Shown: positions 18,697 through 27,706, numbered from the stretch's first letter. The stretch is DNA of 32,000 nucleotides from Candidatus Saccharimonadota bacterium (GCA_042852035.1 BAAFHK010000001.1:180001-212000); one strand, 5' to 3'. Notes: generated by a model from the letters alone, not told the origin. Translations and numbers: made by a program.

Positions 18697-20004
18697 CTAT
18701 AATCCTCTTATCCATTCAGTCATTGTATCCCCAGCTCCTATCGGCCAACTATGAGGGTCTCCTCAATATGCTGAATATCCCTTACAATAAATAACAGGAT
18801 TTCCACTCGAACAATCTTTCCACTTTTCACAAGAAATATTCCCTATCTGGATTGTCTCCTTTTCATTTCCGCAAAGATTGATAGATTTCATTTTTGATTC
18901 AGTTGCACGAGCAGTACTTGGTGGAGAGAGTGTATCGTTCTCATTTTGATAGATGAGAGCTGCCGTCGGAGTGTTGTTGCAGATTGAGCTATAACCTCCT
19001 CCCCCAACAATCGACATGGAACGAAAAATATCTCCCCGAGTACAGGCAAGTTTCGATGCAAACCATGCTCCAAGAGAATGTGCTACTATATGAATATTAT
19101 CACGATCTATGCATTGTTTATCAGTTACATCACGTAGGATTGTATCGACAAAGTTGATATTTTCTTCATTTGACCAACTATAAGCATTTCCATTTGGAAG
19201 TCATGCAGGATAAGCAACTATAAAATCACTTTTATTTTCGAGTCACATATAATTTTGCACCATGAGATTACTATTCGTACGCCCATGAATGGCAATAATA
19301 AATTTTGCTGGATTTGTGCTCGAATAGCTTCTTGGAACTGAGAGTATATAATTTCGAGTCTTTTCTCCTACAATAACTTGATAAGTTCCGCTCGTGAGAG
19401 GGTTTGTATTGGTACACCCTTTTGAGATATTCGTGAGAGGATTTTTATTCTTACTATATTCTCTTATACGCAGTATCATATCAGCTGCTTTTCCTCGAGT
19501 CATAAGAGTGTGTATATTGTAACTCGATGTATCGAGAATATTATTGGCACCAGCGAGATTTTGATAGGTTGTATACCAGGGACTTCCATTTTCCGGAGCA
19601 ATACCATAGAGTCGTAGAGACATAGCAAGCGCTTCTATGACAGTTACTGGACTGTTTGGTTTGAAGGTTCCATCGGAGAAACCTTTTACTACCCCGAGTT
19701 TTACTGCTTCACAGACGTATGGCTGATACCACATAGATCGCTTGATATCCTTGAAACACTCGATATCTTTATCAAGATTCTCACTATTAATATTTTTACT
19801 TCGCAGTAAGACTTTCAGTAGTTCTGCTCGAGTGATTGTATTATCAGGTCAGAATTTCCCATTACTATATCATGTGATGATTCCTTCATTCAAGAGAGTG
19901 TTTATGGAATCTCTATAAAATGAAAGCTCAGTATCTCTAAAGTCTAGAGCCAAAGAATAAGAGGGAATGCATAGAAGTAAGAAAAATAAAACAACTTTTT
20001 TCAT
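18697..20004 (-). CDS. 435-aa secreted protein: two SLH-like domains plus an alpha/beta-hydrolase esterase (PHB-depolymerase/LpqC-type)
   Basis: - Signal MKKVVLFFLLLCIPSYSLA.
- SLH-like FRDTELSFYRDSINTLLNEGIITGYSNGKFGPDNTITRAELLKVLL and FKDIKRSMWYQPYVCEAVKLGVVKGFSDGTFKPNSPVTVIEALAMSL.
- Esterase part RNYILSVPRSY...KFIIAIHGRTNS...IHIVAHSLGAW...GGDPHSWP.
- I checked the in-frame triplets over 19021-19260 and 19741-20004 and found no TAA/TAG. Confidence 0.8.
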
Positions 20005-20007
20005 AAA

Positions 20008-20034
20008 TAAAAAATCCCCTCGTGAGAGGGGAAT
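20008..20034 (-). terminator. rho-independent terminator of the 20044-20499 gene
   Basis: On the minus strand: TCCCCTC-TCAC-GAGGGGA followed by TTTTTTATTT. Plus-strand stem at 20015-20021 / 20025-20031. Confidence 0.7.
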
Positions 20035-20043
20035 ACTTATGGA

Positions 20044-20499
20044 CTATTGAACATCGAGAATTTGAGCCATAGGAGATTCAAGCTCAGTAGAAGGAGTCTT
20101 ACATACCTTCGCACTTGCTCGGAAAGTATCCCATGCAGCTTTTCGTGCTGTGCGGAATGCTTGACGTGCAGACTTTGCTGTAGCATCCCAAGCTGACCAT
20201 GCAGCTTCGCGAGCAGTCTTACGTTCAGTTCTATCAGCTGTAGACCATACTGCATCGAGAGCCTTTGCTCGAACATCGAGTCCGGCGAGATATGCAGCAG
20301 AGAGATTACTGTAAGCCAATCGAACTAATGATTCGCGAGTTGCTACTGCAGAACGAATACATGTAAAATCAACAGTCTTTCCACTACCAGCTGAACCAGT
20401 ACTTAAAAGGCTCGGTGTACCTTCACTTGCTTGAACAAAAGGAGTGAGTGTAGAGAGCGCAATAAGAGAGACAACACCAATAGAAAGAAACTTTTGCAT
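20044..20499 (-). CDS. 151-aa secreted Ala/Arg/Trp-rich helical-repeat protein, unknown function
   Basis: Intact ORF in either code, TAG stop. Signal MQKFLSIGVVSLIALSTLTPFVQA. Three ~18-aa repeats, each centred on a Trp (AKALDAVWSTADRTERK / AREAAWSAWDATAKSARQ / ARKAAWDTFRASAKVC). Two Cys. Confidence 0.65.
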   Translation of the reverse strand: MQKFLSIGVVSLIALSTLTPFVQASEGTPSLLSTGSAGSGKTVDFTCIRSAVATRESLVRLAYSNLSAAYLAGLDVRAKALDAVWSTADRTERKTAREAAWSAWDATAKSARQAFRTARKAAWDTFRASAKVCKTPSTELESPMAQILDVQ

Positions 20500-20827
20500 A
20501 AGTATAAAAGTTAAGAATATGCGAAAGAGAGTATAGCTTAAAAATTTATAAATTAAAGCCCCTCTACGAAATTTTCACTTGATATTCAGAGAGTCTTCAC
20601 AGATAGCTAAGATATTTTTTCCTATATCATTTGATAGAATACAAGTAAACGGGGGTATTTATAAAATCGGTATTTTTACTATTTATTCTTACATTACCCT
20701 ATTTCTTCTCGAACAATTTCCCATTTGAATATTGACAAAATTTAAATTTTAATTAATTTATTAATACAAACACATCCACTCCACCAAAACAGAGGAGTGA
20801 TTCATTTCAACCGTTCCAGGAGAACCC

Positions 20828-21340
20828 ATGATCCGTCGTCTGATTGCCTTGTTCCTGATCGCACTCCTCGCTGCCTGTGGCGGTGGAACAACTTCCGATA
20901 CATTCGAGGCTCCCCAAGTGGGAGTCATCGGTTCGGGATTCCTCGGGCAAATCGGGGTGGTCCGCATCGAAATTGGTGGCGCAGAACTCCCTCCCGACAG
21001 TATCTCTGTCGGAATCTGGGGGCTGACCAATTCCCATTCCGGGATGGTCGTCTGTGCCCGAGAAATCGGGTCCAGCCAATACTGCGGAGAGGCCAACACC
21101 ACTACCCCGTACTACATCCCTTCAGCAGGGCCCGTGATCCTCGACATCTATCGGCTGCGTTCGATTGCCAATGGCTGGAGTCCGTGGTCTCCGAGTCGAT
21201 TCGAGATCATCTTCTATCGGCCTGGTACGGGCTGGTACGTGGGTGATCAATTCGGATTTGCCTTCGACCGTATCACCTTCGGCGATCCGCCCGATCAAGT
21301 AACGGTGTCGTACAACACGCCCGTCTTGGTCATTCGCTGA
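20828..21340 (+). CDS. 170-aa GC-rich lipoprotein, unknown function; ORF closes with TGA (would run to TAA 21758-21760 under code 25)
   Basis: AGGAG 5 nt upstream of the ATG. Lipobox LLAAC-GGG. 22 Gly codons, none TGA. Sampled lines give 55-63% GC. A hairpin terminator lies about 45 nt after the TGA. Confidence 0.6.
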   Translation: MIRRLIALFLIALLAACGGGTTSDTFEAPQVGVIGSGFLGQIGVVRIEIGGAELPPDSISVGIWGLTNSHSGMVVCAREIGSSQYCGEANTTTPYYIPSAGPVILDIYRLRSIANGWSPWSPSRFEIIFYRPGTGWYVGDQFGFAFDRITFGDPPDQVTVSYNTPVLVIR

Positions 21341-21382
21341 CCTATCGACTCACCCCCTTCATCACGATGTGGGTGAGCACCA

Positions 21383-21417
21383 AAAAAAGAAACGCCCCTC
21401 ACGAGGGGGCGTTTTTG
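21383..21417. terminator. bidirectional GC-rich hairpin terminator between the lipoprotein gene (+) and the MFS gene (-)
   Basis: A-run 21382-21388, stem ACGCCCC (21392-21398) / GGGGCGT (21406-21412), then T5. Confidence 0.75.
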
Positions 21418-21425
21418 CATTTGTA

Positions 21426-22727
21426 TTATCCGAGATAACTCTTCGAAAGCGCGCGATAGCTCCGAGAGAGAAATGCAAAGAGTGTCATGCCAATACCGAG
21501 AAGTCAGGCTACGACGAAGACCACGGCAATCGCGCGATCACTTCCTGTACCCCACCACTCTCACACGATCAGGTCCATCCCACCACCTGCCACCCATGGA
21601 GTGACGAGGAACTGCGTGAGTGGTCAGACGAGAAAGGCCGTGAGCGGAGAAGCGATATTCTCCATCGATTGCCCAAATCCGAATACTCGACCCTGTCGTT
21701 CGAGGGGGACGACTTTCTGAAGTATGGTCTGCTCGCATGCTTCCGCAATTGGTCCGATAATCATCCAGAGGAAAAATCCAACTCCGACGAACCAGATAGA
21801 TGCCTTGAGGGGGAAGATGATACAGAGAATCCACGCTGCGAGATTGATAATAAGGAGAGACTTCACAGGATTTATCCCGAGTCCGAACTTCGCGACGAAC
21901 GACCCCCCGATGATAAATCCGATACTCGTGATGGCGAGCACGATACCCCAGACCTCGACTGATACGAGCGAGAGTCCATAGGCGTCCATGAGTGCCATGA
22001 AGACTCCTCCGAGGAAGTTATTCCACATAGCGAAGAATATCATCGCAAAAAGTCAGGAAATCCCAGAGATGACCTTTATCGTTCACTTGATATCGATTTT
22101 TTTCTCATCTTCGTGTCGGTCGTCAAGGTGCGATTCATCTGGGAAATGGAGTGTCATGAGATGGACTATGACCGCGATCATCGAGGCGATACTGATTCCC
22201 ACTGCCCAGTCCATCCCGAGTCTTCCGACGATAAGTCCTGAGAACACGGATACCACCGAGAAGGTAAGTCCATTCACGACTCCGATCTGCCCATTCGCCT
22301 TCGCTCGACCCTCCTCAGGGATGAGCATGGTGACCATGGTCGAGAGGGCAATCATGCGGATATTGCCGACCACGATCCCGAGCATGGATACGAGGATAAA
22401 TACCCAGAGCCACGCACTCGATATGTCCCCCCAGGTTTGGGTAGGGAGGAGGATAAGCATCATGAATCCTATACTATAGAAAAAAAGTGATACCACGGAC
22501 GAGCCGAGCATGACGAACTTTTTCCTGTGGTGATCGACGAGTGAGCCGAACCAGAGACCAGAGAGGAGATTTAGCACGAGATAAAATCCTCCGAGCACTC
22601 CCGTGACGAAGACGGAGTGGGTCGTGAGATACGACCAGAAGGTGATTGCAAACCAGAGGAGCATATTCGTGAATCCTGCGATGGCGGTGTTGGTGAGGAT
22701 ATGAGGGAAGAGCTTTTGGGATTTCAT
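21426..22727 (-). CDS. MFS transporter (433 aa; DHA3/macrolide-efflux-like)
   Basis: Joins track ORFs 22083-22727 and 21624-22043, plus a C-terminal piece read through TGAs at 22083, 22053, 21624, 21561 and 21504. About 12 hydrophobic helices. TAA (rc) 21426-21428. Confidence 0.8.
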
Positions 22728-23279
22728 TTAGTTTTTTAATCTTGAAGCAAGAAACGAGATCCATGCCATAGCAAGCAGGACAATGAGTGCCATGAGAGGG
22801 ATTGTCACGAAGCCAAATGTGAGAACTCCGTTATGGTCCGTACAGGCAGGGAGGAGGCCACCCTGTTCGCAGGGGAGAAATACCGGGAGCTTCAAAACCC
22901 ATCCGATGAAGTGGTAATAGTAGTGGTAGCAGGCGAAAAAGAGTCATCCGAGAGAGAGGAGTCATGTGATGATATGATTGCCTCGTATTTTTTTCCAGAG
23001 AGTGACGATGATGATGATATCGATCGGGAAGATAAAAATCCGCTGCCACCAACAGAGGATACATACCGGGAGCTCATAGTAGAGCTGATAGGTCATCGCA
23101 AATGTGGTCGAGAGGATAGCGATCGTACCGATTACTTTCATAAAGAGAAAATAATCAACTTTTGCCAGTGCTGTTCGAGCCTTTTTCGATACGATAAACG
23201 CTATCATGGAGAGAAGAGTCAAACTGAGAATCGAGAGGACTCACACCGAAAGAATCGTAGAATAAACAGAGATTTCCAT
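22728..23279 (-). CDS. dsbB: DsbB/BdbC-family disulfide bond formation protein (183 aa)
   Basis: Four TM helices. First Cys pair ELPVCILCWWQRIFIFP. Second pair LPCEQGGLLPAC. Stop TAA 22728-22730 abuts the ATG of the MFS gene (TAAATG). Confidence 0.75.
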
Positions 23280-23303
23280 AGAAAGAGTGTAAAAAGTAAA
23301 GTG

Positions 23304-23331
23304 ATTATCTTTATTTTATATCGTATTTCAA
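23304..23331 (-). promoter_or_regulatory. promoter of dsbB-MFS: -35 TTGAAA (rc of 23326-23331), 16-nt spacer, -10 GATAAT (rc of 23304-23309)
   Basis: Hexamers read on the minus strand, 25 nt upstream of the ATG at 23279. Confidence 0.5.
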
Positions 23332-23361
23332 TTTATATAATGAAAGTGAATGAAAAATCAT

Positions 23362-23718
23362 CTAAATTCACGGTATATGGAGTATTTTCCCCATCTCCTT
23401 CCCCTTCGCGAGCTCATCCACGAGCTTATCGAGGTAGCGGATTTCCTTCATGAGTCCATCTTCCATGTCCTGAATTTTGTATCCACAGATTGTACCCGTG
23501 ATGAGAGTGCGAGCAGGATTGAGGTTTGCTTCCCCGAAAAAGGTCTCGAAGTCGACTTTTTCATCGAGTACCTTCTCGAGTCACGCTGCATCATATCCCG
23601 TGAGCCACTCGATGACTTCATCGAGTTCAGCTTTCGTCCGTCACTTGCGTTCCACTTTCGTGATATAGAGTGGGTAGACGGTGGCAAAGGGTATGTGGAA
23701 GATCTTGGTGTTTTGCAT
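23362..23718 (-). CDS. DUF2200 family protein (118 aa)
   Basis: MQNTKIFHIPFATVYPLYITKVERKGRTKAELDEVIEWLTGYDAAGLEKVL...ETFFGEANLNPARTLITGTICGYKIQDMEDGLMKEIRYLDKLVDELAKGK matches my recollection of the DUF2200 family. The antisense 132-aa track ORF is rejected. Confidence 0.75.
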
Positions 23719-23722
23719 AGAT

Positions 23723-24121
23723 CTAGTCACTACTTACTTCTATACTAAATCCTCCCGTAGACATTCGTTTCATATCGAGGACATCACCATATTCGGCCAT
23801 GGCATCAGGATTTTCCTGGAATTTCTCATTCCAATGAGCCATCACTTTTTTGTTCACTTCGTCACGGTGCTCCTTCGACTCGTACTCGATATAGGAGAAC
23901 CAGACGGTTTCATCGTCTTTGAGATTCACGAGTGTGCCGAATGGGAGTGATTCCATACCTTCTTCCTGAGGTCCAGAGATATCATGCCCCATACATTCTC
24001 GGTAGGAGAGAGCTCCGAACTTCATCCATACATTGCATCCATCGGTGGCCATTTTTCGGTATCTCTCGACTTTATCTTTCGGGATAACGAGGACAAAGGC
24101 ATCTATATAGGTAGATTTCAT
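23723..24121 (-). CDS. DUF1428 family protein (132 aa)
   Basis: MKSTYIDAFVLVIPKDKVERYRKMATDGCNVWMKFGALSYRECMGHDI... is the typical DUF1428 N-terminus. TAG stop at 23723-23725. Confidence 0.75.
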   Translation of the reverse strand: MKSTYIDAFVLVIPKDKVERYRKMATDGCNVWMKFGALSYRECMGHDISGPQEEGMESLPFGTLVNLKDDETVWFSYIEYESKEHRDEVNKKVMAHWNEKFQENPDAMAEYGDVLDMKRMSTGGFSIEVSSD

Positions 24122-24158
24122 AATAATAGATAAATTAATAATAGATTGTTTCACAAAC

Positions 24159-24566
24159 TTATTCTTTCGGCATTGCACTCGCATCCATCCAAAATGCTTC
24201 CCAGATATGACCATCGAGATCCTCGAAATCACGACCATACATAAATCCATGATCGTAAGCGTCTATTGTCTTCTGTCCGCCTGCTGTGATTGCCTTATCG
24301 AAAAAAGTATCGACCGCCTCACGAGAATCAAATTGGAGAGCATTCAGAACTTCGGTTGTCGTATGAGCATCGGATATAGTTTTTTTCCCGAGGAAGTTCG
24401 CACAAAATGCTGGAGTGAGAAGCATGACAGAGAGTGTATCATCCCAGATCATCGCAGAGGCATCATCATTCGAGAAGTCAGTATTCTTCGTAAATCCGAG
24501 AGCTTCATAGAATGCTGTCGCTTGCGGGAGATTGGTGACAGGGAGATTGATATAGAGTTGTGCCAT
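24159..24566 (-). CDS. VOC/glyoxalase-fold family protein (135 aa)
   Basis: MAQLYINLPVTNLPQATAFYEALGF...DHGFMYGRDFEDLDGHIWEAFWMD is the characteristic COG3607-like glyoxalase-fold pattern. Confidence 0.75.
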   Translation of the reverse strand: MAQLYINLPVTNLPQATAFYEALGFTKNTDFSNDDASAMIWDDTLSVMLLTPAFCANFLGKKTISDAHTTTEVLNALQFDSREAVDTFFDKAITAGGQKTIDAYDHGFMYGRDFEDLDGHIWEAFWMDASAMPKE

Positions 24567-24586
24567 AAAAAAATTATAAAATATTG

Positions 24587-24931
24587 TTATTCCGTAATAC
24601 GTTTTTGAATTATCTTTTCGATGAGGCTTTTTGGAATAGGTTTTTCTGGAGTAAAGTGCACTCCCGATTTGGTCCAAGTAAATCATTCTTCCTTGAGTTC
24701 TTTCTCGAAAAAAGAAAGCGTAGATCCAGAAAATGGAAAGAATGAGAGGTGATTTTTAAATTTCGCAAAGCCAGCAACACATTCTTTCCCAACGCGAAAA
24801 GCAGGCATCCCATAGGAGATGCATTCACTTGCATCAGGGAGGATTTCGAGGATTATTTTTCTGAGATTTTCGAGAGCTTTCCTTTCTTCACTCTTGTCGA
24901 TATTCTCGAGATATGTATCGATTTCACTCAT
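24587..24931 (-). CDS. DUF1801 (YdhG-like) domain protein (114 aa)
   Basis: MSEIDTYLENIDKSEERKALENLRKIILEILPDASECISYGMPAFRVGKECVAGFAKFKNHLSFFPFSG..., read through the TGA at 24683-24685 to TAA at 24587-24589. Confidence 0.75.
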
Positions 24932-24934
24932 AGA

Positions 24935-25351
24935 TTACATGGTGAGGAGGTATCCTGCGATGAGGAGCGAAAGGAGACGAGCAGAGCCTGAAACGGCTAC
25001 TTTTGTACACATCCATTTTTTTGCATCCCCTCCCCAGATTACGGTCGAAGTCATCGTCGTTACGATAAAGGAAAGCCATACCATAAATGCAGTCTGCATG
25101 CCAGAATACTCTGGGATGGCGCGGATAACGCATGCGAGTCCGATGATGATAAGCAGGGAAGCGATAAATTCAGTCGCGAGGAGCTTCCACATACCCTTCA
25201 TGGATTCTTTCATTTCTGCATCTGTGAATTTCTTTTCACCATGATGGATCTTCATCCAGAGTTTTCCGAAAATTGGACCATGCCAGACCGCGCCGATACC
25301 GAAACTCACAAGTGTAGAAATGATGATCATCGTCCAGTTAAGTCCTTGCAT
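24935..25351 (-). CDS. DUF1761 family membrane protein (138 aa)
   Basis: Intact ORF. LNWTMIIISTLVSFGIGAVWHGPIFGKLWMK... plus further TM helices. Confidence 0.7.
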   Translation of the reverse strand: MQGLNWTMIIISTLVSFGIGAVWHGPIFGKLWMKIHHGEKKFTDAEMKESMKGMWKLLATEFIASLLIIIGLACVIRAIPEYSGMQTAFMVWLSFIVTTMTSTVIWGGDAKKWMCTKVAVSGSARLLSLLIAGYLLTM

Positions 25352-25380
25352 AAGAAAAAAGTGAAAAAGTAAACTGTGGT

Positions 25381-25407
25381 ATTATACGACTTCTCACTCT
25401 TTTGCAA
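25381..25407 (-). promoter_or_regulatory. candidate promoter: -35 TTGCAA (25402-25407), 15-nt spacer, -10 TATAAT (rc of 25381-25386)
   Basis: Consensus -10 on the minus strand, 30 nt upstream of the ATG at 25351. The spacer is short. Confidence 0.45.
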
Positions 25408-25436
25408 ACCGATAACAGATGCATCGTATGATATAT

Positions 25437-25883
25437 TTAATTTTTGTACTCTCTTTCGTAATGTCTAATCCATTCTGTTGCATCCATTTTTTTCATAAGT
25501 TCACTAATAAGATGGTAGGGAATTTTTTCGATTTTTTTGAAACGAATACAGCTTTTTCCCATATCGAGCTTTCAGATATCGAGTTTTTTATATTCATCTT
25601 CCCACCATTTGAGGAGCGTTGAATCAGTATATATTCCCATGTGATAGAGGTGTATCCCATGTTTTTGATTGGCGAGAGCGACGAATGGAAGGGGGAGCTT
25701 TGGATTGCAGTGATATCCACTTGGATACTTCGAATGAGAGACAACATACCCAATCATGCCATAATTTTCACACTCATCGAATCCGAGTGGTGTGAGCGTA
25801 TCTCTGAGGATATCACGAATCCTTGTGAGTGCTTCACGTCTCTCAGAGGGGGTATTTGATATGTAAGTGTCAGAGAAGTTCAT
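25437..25883 (-). CDS. DUF1801 domain protein, long form (148 aa)
   Basis: MNFSDTYISNTPSERREALTRIRDIL...YGMIGYVVSHSKYPSGYHCNPKLPLPFVALANQKHGIHLYHMGIY...LDMGKSCIRFKKIEKIPYHLISELMKKM.... Read through the TGA at 25572-25574 to TAA at 25437-25439. Start 25883 chosen over 25910. Confidence 0.7.
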
Positions 25884-25896
25884 ATAGAAAAAGAGT

Positions 25897-26415
25897 TTAC
25901 ATGAGTTCACGAATTTTTCTTACCGTATTTACATTTCTCGCAGTCATTTTTCTATAGACTTTTGTTCCGATAAAGTCACGCATCTTGCTCTCTTGGTAGT
26001 GAGCCTTATCGATATGCCAGATGATGGCTCATGGCAGATAGGTGAGAGTATCGACGAGAGGATTTTGTTTGATTTCATTTAATGATTCTTTCGTATCAAC
26101 ATCTTTCCAGAGAAAGAGGATATCAGTTCTTTGTTCGCTATTATTCTGCCATTCACTTGGTATTTTTTCTACGAGATTTTCTATATACGATTGTGAGCGA
26201 ATAATCGTAGGAATTTCGAATCAAAACGTTTCACTAAGTTGTTTCTCAATCTTGCTAAAGTCATCATTTTTAGATTCAAAAATCATATTCCCACTATTGA
26301 TGTAGGTTGATACTTCCTCAAATCCCATCGCTTCAAAACAGGACTTGAGACGAGTCATCTCAACTTTTTTGTTTCAACCAACATTGATACCGCGAAGGAA
26401 GGCAACGTATTTCAT
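25897..26415 (-). CDS. DUF1697 family protein (172 aa)
   Basis: MKYVAFLRGINVGGNKKVEMTRLKSCFEAMGFEEVSTYINSGNMIF... is the canonical DUF1697 N-terminus, with TGA supplying the second Gly of GINVGG. TAA at 25897-25899. Confidence 0.8.
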
Positions 26416-26422
26416 GAAAAAA

Positions 26423-26863
26423 TTAGAGTGACTCTACATGCTTTTTAAAATTCGCTAGGATAGCACTCCATCCAGCAATCTGCATATCTTCTGGATGAAT
26501 CTCTTCTGCATCAAATACCTCAGTAACCTTCACGCCTTCTGGCGTTTCCTCGAATGTGACATCGACAACACGTCCTGCATCGAGAAAATATTCTTTCATC
26601 TCACCGAGGGTGTAGCTCATTGATTTCATAGGAGTGACTTCAGTGTACTTCGCCGTGAGGTCAAATCCAAAAGATCCATCGCGAGCCTCCATACGGGTCG
26701 TGAATATTCCAGCCACTACTGGTGATTCACCTCGAGCCCATGGGCAGTGCCAGGTTGCTTCATCAGCAAATCCCCAATGGATGATGTGTTCTGGATTCCA
26801 CATCGCATTCCATACAGTTTCGAGAGGAGCATTAACTACGATAGATACGGTAAGTTTAGGCAT
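26423..26863 (-). CDS. SRPBCC superfamily protein (AHSA1/Aha1-like domain, 146 aa)
   Basis: Intact ORF. MPKLTVSIVVNAPLETVWNAMWNPEHIIHWGFADE...FGFDLTAKYTEV.... Confidence 0.7.
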   Translation of the reverse strand: MPKLTVSIVVNAPLETVWNAMWNPEHIIHWGFADEATWHCPWARGESPVVAGIFTTRMEARDGSFGFDLTAKYTEVTPMKSMSYTLGEMKEYFLDAGRVVDVTFEETPEGVKVTEVFDAEEIHPEDMQIAGWSAILANFKKHVESL

Positions 26864-26872
26864 AATTAAAAT

Positions 26873-27706
26873 TTAGGATAAATATTCATATTCCCGCTTC
26901 GTTCAGCTTATTATTGTTTCTCGAGAAGCCTTGAAAGATTCGGGAAATGCAGTTTTTATTTGATTTAAAGGAATCTGTCATTTCAGAGCTGCCAAAAACA
27001 TTTTGGCTGCCTGATATTTTTGTAATTGGTATTTTATAAAATCAACATCATTAGCTTTTCTCATTGCTATATCAGATCTATCTTTTGTGTAAGGTTTTGA
27101 TACTTTTGAAATTAACAAGTCCCTTTCTGGGCTGAGTTCAATTGCAGATGTGTCAAGATTTGTAATTTCTGCAAGAAACATTTTAAAATCAAGCAATCGC
27201 TTATGAACGAGTCAGCTCCTATCTCCATTTTCCCTGTAACCATTTCTTGAGAAAGTTAAATCTAGTTTATTTTTTCTACAAAATAATACAAGAAAATCCT
27301 CGTTTGTTCTTCCTGCTCCATCGTGAGGCACATGACAGAGTGTGAGTAACATGCCAAATATGGTTAGATAGTCAAAAAAATCTCAATCAATAACTGTTTG
27401 ATCTAAGCACTCAAATACACTCCTATAAACTTCATGTAAGTAGAATGCTGGTAATAAGCTCATACTATCATGTTCTCGAACAGAAAGACAAGTATCGTGG
27501 TTGCGATGATACTCATCATTTCAGAAATCTAGAGCTTTTTCTTCGTTCAAGAAATGTATCTGGTGGAGGATATCATAGCATTTTACCATTGATAAACCAG
27601 ATTTTAGAAGACAATCAATAACACGTCTTCTTATGAAATCCGATATTTCAACTATGTAAGGCAGCGTATTTGGTGTGGCCAATTGGCTCGGTAGAAGAGT
27701 GTCCAT
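26873..27706 (-). CDS. 277-aa all-helical hypothetical protein with a degenerate Fic/Doc-like motif
   Basis: Joins track ORFs 27521-27724 and 26978-27196 through six in-frame TGA; I translated every triplet. HVPHDGAGRTNE (27299-27334) resembles the Fic core HxFx(D/E)GNGRxxR. AT-rich relative to the gene on its low-coordinate side. ATG at 27704-27706 (alternative TTG at 27724). Confidence 0.5.

Noticed and set aside
21369-21962. 197-aa plus-strand ORF, with neighbours 21487-21720 and 21724-21981.
   Set aside because: They are antisense to the MFS transporter gene, which is a coherent 12-helix protein on the minus strand. Their products are Arg/Asp/Glu/Pro-rich nonsense.
22833-23453. 206-aa plus-strand ORF.
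   Set aside because: It is antisense to dsbB and runs across the dsbB promoter into DUF2200. The minus-strand reading gives the CxxC DsbB pattern.
23350-23748. 132-aa plus-strand ORF.
   Set aside because: The opposite strand, with two TGA=Gly, gives a near-textbook DUF2200 sequence.
25884-25910. Upstream ATG at 25910 for the long DUF1801 gene.
   Set aside because: It would overlap the DUF1697 stop by 14 nt and add MNSCKLFFY, which is not part of the family. ATG at 25883 gives the expected N-terminus. The evidence is weak either way.
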